Origin: Stegostoma tigrinum
Taxonomy: Eukaryota
Direction: 5' to 3'
NCBI RefSeq assembly: GCF_030684315.1
Contig: NC_081382.1
Coordinates: forward strand, 15,854,592-15,918,591
Length of the DNA stretch: 64,000 bases
The position numbers and the translations under genes are program-made. Below, piece after piece: positions 59,618-64,000 of the stretch. Each line of letters opens with the position of its first letter. The first letter of the stretch is position 1. The notes below the pieces were generated by a model that saw only the letters and a list, made by a program, of their open reading frames with translations, was not told where the DNA came from and searched no databases.

Positions 59618-62214
59618 CTCAACATGAAGGCATACTTTTTTGCTCCCTTACAGCCTCAGCTGTTGCTACTTCACCAAGACTTCATAGTTGCCAGCTGTCT
59701 GATAGGTGGGACAGCTTGGATAGGCCATACACAGTTGTAGACAATTCCTGCACTGGCTTCTTCATTAGCTACCATTAATAAAATCCTGTTCACAGTACTC
59801 CTGTCCTCCTGCCTGGAACAAGACTTGCATTTGGCAGGAGAATGACTTGCTGGTAAAACTCAACCATGTACCTTCATTCATTGTAGTAATTTATGATCTC
59901 CCTGAGTTGTTTTCCTCAGCTGGTCTTGCAGATCGTCTCCTGTTTTCTTTTAGTCTACAATATCCTGCTGTTTTGAACTATTTAGCACTACTGTTCTGAT
60001 GACTCCGTTCTGGAAAGTGCAACTAAAGACTCTCTGCTCCAGAGACAACACTTGTCTGCAGTTAGTGGTAATATGTTGGTCCTTCATGAACTGAGGATCT
60101 GTCATTGCTCATATGCTCCACTGAATGAATACATGGTTTGCTGCACTGGTATCTCCTTGTGTCTAACTGCAGTATGTTACTATTGTCCTAATGTTAAACT
60201 AAAGGTCCATTTAAACCAAACCTCACTCACTCAACATAATTATCACTTATTGATAGGAAACTTCTGCCGATTCCCTCTAATTGTGAACTCCTGCTGAAGC
60301 TAAACACCCCGATGTTCTGGTCTTTCATACTCCAATGGGCTCAGTTAGACAGCTGAAGACTACGTCAGGGAAAATACTGAGCAGTAACTCATCTCTTCTG
60401 ACTTCTCAACGTTGATTTACAGTTTAGTTATAATTTACAGTGAATGTTAATAACAATTCACAATTGGACTGCCATTGTAGTGCTTTGTCAGCGCTGAGTT
60501 TCGCAATGTGACATCTGTTATAATAAAGCAAATTCCACTTTCCATCATCTCCAGGCTTTCTTGTTGGCAATGGAGTGATCCAGTCTCTCAGACTGAGATT
60601 GTTACGTGAGGATAGTTCACAAAAGACTTACATCAATTCTTTTCATTCTGATAATGTCTGTTTGATACTTCCATCATCGTGAGCATAGGGCATGCTTGAT
60701 AGACCAGTTAATCTGTCTCTGTCTGCTGCTCTGGTATAATTCTAATATGTACTAAACACCACATTGGAAATTAAATGTGATCATATGAATAATCAAATTA
60801 TCACTTCAGGAGAAATTACAAAATTGCATTTTGCCTTCTCTGAGAATGAGACCTTTAATCTGTTTTACTTTTTATAAATTCAGAATGTCCACCAAAGTCT
60901 GAACCAGGTATTCATTCCCCAAGGATGACAGGTAGGAAGTAAATAACGCAATTTGGAGAACAAACCTGATTTTGCCATCTTTATTTTTACCAAGCATTAG
61001 GAAATTCCTACACCACATCACTTCTGAAATAAAATGCAAAAAACAATATAAAGTTTTTTTAAAATTTTGTGATTTCTGGAAATGTGATATAAAACTAGAA
61101 AATTGTAGAATCGCTTAGCAGTCATTTGGCATCCATGGAGAGAACTGAGAGGATAATATTTCGAGTGTGGGACATCCATTGGAACCAGGCCGTGTTATAA
61201 ATGAACAGCCATTTTTTTTAAGAAACCGGAATTTAGGGAGGTGGAAATAAAGACAAAAAACAAATTTAAACACCCCCACCAGTACTCAGCTCCACCTCAT
61301 AAGTATTCACCTGAGTAAGAATAAATGCATCGGACTATTAAGTGCTGAAGATGAAGACAGGCGCTGGCCTAGAAATTGAAATGATAATTGTGATAAGAAT
61401 TGAGATCAATTAAATACATTGATTTCCCTTTTTTGGCTTGTTGATATAATGACATTTTCTCTGTCATGATATTTTCATGCTTTCATTATAAATACAGAAA
61501 ACACTAGGTGAAATAGATGTCTGGGAAGGTGATGGTTGCCCTTACCATCTGGATGTTCCTTCTGGGAAGGATTCACTGAAATGTTGGGTGAAGAAACAAA
61601 AGGCATTAATACTTTCTGCAGGGTATCCATGGATTTTCCAACAGAGCCACTGTGATGGCTGAGAGAAAACCTGCAGAAATTTAATTCCACGTTGCTTTGT
61701 TTCAATCATTGATGGCAGACGACATCCTAACTTTAGAGAGCTGGTGCTGCTTGGTTGACTCTTCTAGCATGGCAAGGCCAAACTCAGCATAAGGTTGTCA
61801 ATATTGAGCAAAACCAGAGAATTACAGGATTGTGTTGAAACATTTCAATTGAATTCAGCTGGAACACTCAAATAAACTTGTTTCCATATTCAACGATTCC
61901 TGCTCTAAGTTCCTCAACAAGGAATGTCTCATACAGTGCAATACATGCAAGTGAAGGCATTGTCCAATCTATCAACTTTTGCATTAATGAGCAAGTGTAC
62001 ACAAAATATTTTTGTTCGTGTATTTGTATGAATTGTACAATCACCATGAAATAATGTAAATTTTATTTAAGTACCGGTTGTTCAATAAACCTTATTGAAA
62101 TTTGCATATTTTCTGTGGTGTTATTTATTGATGATCTGAAGTCTAGTGTAGGGTGAATGTATTTAATGGCCGAGTTAAAATTGTCTTTACCCATTTACTT
62201 CCTCCCTCCGCACT

Positions 62215-62770
62215 ATCTAAAGCTCCAGGTGAAGTAGTAACTTACCTGCATTTCACTCAACCTACTGTGTTTGCTGCTTACAATGTTGTCTCCTTTACAC
62301 TGGGGAGATGAAATGCAGATTGGGTGACCACTGTGCGGAACACCCATTTCCAATCTGCAAAAATGAGCCTGAACTTCTCGACATCTCAACACATCATCAT
62401 ATTTCCATCTCAGCATTTTTGCCTTGGGCCTGCTCTAGAGCTCCGGTGATAATCAGCACAAGTTGGAAGAACAGCACCTCATTTTGTGCTTGGGGCTCCT
62501 GCAGCCTTCCGGACTCAGTATTGAGTTCAATCATTTTACAGTCAGAACACCTCTTACCATGTCTTTTACCCAAACCCTTGGCTCTGGGAATGACAGAGAT
62601 TGTACAGATAATCCATTTTCACCCTCTTGTAGTGCCCACTATCACATATCGAGATTTTCTCCCTCCTTGGTTTGCTATCAATAGTCCCTTTTGTCTACCT
62701 AACTTTCCCCCTCTCTCTCAGGACTCCATATCCACCAATCTGCTCATTCTTTCTTTTTGCCTGCCTCTTT
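62215..62770 (+). mobile_element. Ancient PLE GIY-YIG fragment
   Basis: YTGEMKCRLGDHCAEH and EEQHLILCLGLLQPSGLSIEFN, homologous to the younger PLE C-terminus. Confidence 0.75.
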
Positions 62771-63689
62771 GATGTCAAACAATCCTCTGGTGACATAGCC
62801 TATGTCAGCAAATCCAGGTTTAATCACTGCTTGTAAACTCCTAAGGTCGATTAGCGATTAATTGTAGTAGTTTACAAATGTCTAAAATCCTGTCTTCTGG
62901 AGTGAACATCTTTTCCAACTTGAAAAGTCAAATGTAAACGATTGCCTTTGTTTCTCTCTTTTTTATTTACAATGTTGACTCTAATTGTGCCAGATATAAG
63001 CTCTGTATATCGAGAAATATAGTTAAACTTTTGGACAACAAACATACAGGACTGATTTTTTTTGCTAAGTCTGAGATATGCCATGTTTTGGAGGGTTTTT
63101 CTCTGTGGACCTGGGCAAGTATTCTCATCCCTTCTTATGAAATTCACCTCATTAATTACCTGCCCTGCCCTTACGGTGTCTCCCACGTTTGATTTCTGCC
63201 CCATCTCAGCACGTGTTGTTCCCACAGCAATGCAGCATTCAGTAGATGTGTGCCTGAACACTGATATTCCTTATGCATGGTATCTCCACATAATTGTGTG
63301 CCTAGATGGGGACTGGCATTCCAAAGCTGTCCTGAACAGACATCTGTACACCATTGCTCCACCCATTGGCCTTCAGGACCCTTGGTGCCAGTCCAGGTGT
63401 CCACTCCTCACAAGAAGACTGGGGTGGTGCCACACAGACTCCACTGCACTTTCCACTCAGGGCCCTACAAAGGTGGCCATTCCTCTACCTCCTTCCTGCT
63501 GTCCCTTGCCTCCAACTCTTAGAAATTCAAGCCAAGCAGGGGCAACATGATTCTGGAAAAAAAAGACCCTTGATATAATGTCATTTATCTCGAAATGTGT
63601 TTCTGGATGGCCCCATCACCACCTTCCACCTCGCCCCACCCCCAAATCTCCAAGGAAACTGGGCTCCATAGTTGATCCAGCTCCCTACA

Positions 63690-64000
63690 CTCCAGCTTCA
63701 GAACCATGGAGCATTTTAAGAACTATTGGGAGAGAGAGAAAGGAGCATGTCTACTGAGGCCATTTTGGTGGAATGGATGAACAAGGCTTGCCTGTTATTA
63801 TCAATTTCTGCATTAACTGGTGGGAGCACGATCATCTACAAGTTCCCCTCTAAGGTATTCACCATTATGACTTGGAAATATATTGCTGCTCCTTCACTGT
63901 CAATGGGTAAAATCCTGAAAATGTCTCCTTAATGGCATTATAGGTCTACCTACAGCACAGTTAAGGAAGGCAGCTCACCATCTTCTCAAAGATAACTAAG
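63690..64000 (+). mobile_element. LINE 3' fragment (CR1/L2 group), runs off window
   Basis: TGACTTGGAAATATATTGCTGCTCCTTCACTGTC...AGGCAGCTCACCATCTTCTCAA, same family as 8.4 kb. Confidence 0.65.

Noticed and set aside
63062-63578. 162-aa ORF and overlapping ORFs
   Set aside because: No recognisable domain; GC-richer stretch that looks like a decayed repeat.

Overview
Vertebrate, AT-rich, repeat-dense DNA that looks intronic or intergenic. The repeat content (HE1-type V-SINEs, SacSINE1-like Deu-SINEs, CR1/HER1-like LINEs) points to an elasmobranch (shark); this is an inference. No host protein-coding gene could be confidently identified, and most ORFs in the track are transposon-derived or spurious. 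The dominant signal is a family of Penelope-like retroelements (PLEs: RT plus GIY-YIG endonuclease, with a Neptune-type Cys-rich linker). It includes one near full-length copy (55.9-58.7 kb), several 5'-truncated copies and about nine short derivatives of at least three related families. The 3' ends carry a minimal hammerhead-ribozyme motif (CUGANGA-A-stem II-GAAAC-GUH) followed by a conserved structured tail. Most insertions have readable 8-16 bp target-site duplications (TSDs). Five insertions, from about 150 bp to 3.75 kb, share one architecture: two arms head-to-head with both 3' ends facing outward, one arm with the full tail and the other stopping early. Four of these sit inside a single TSD. 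Also present are CR1 and Rex1/Babar LINE fossils, a solo LTR, an intron-containing Harbinger-type Myb/SANT gene fossil, a decayed tRNA-Arg(ACG) copy, an 18/36-bp minisatellite, a (TG)n tract and a few orphan exon or small-ORF candidates.
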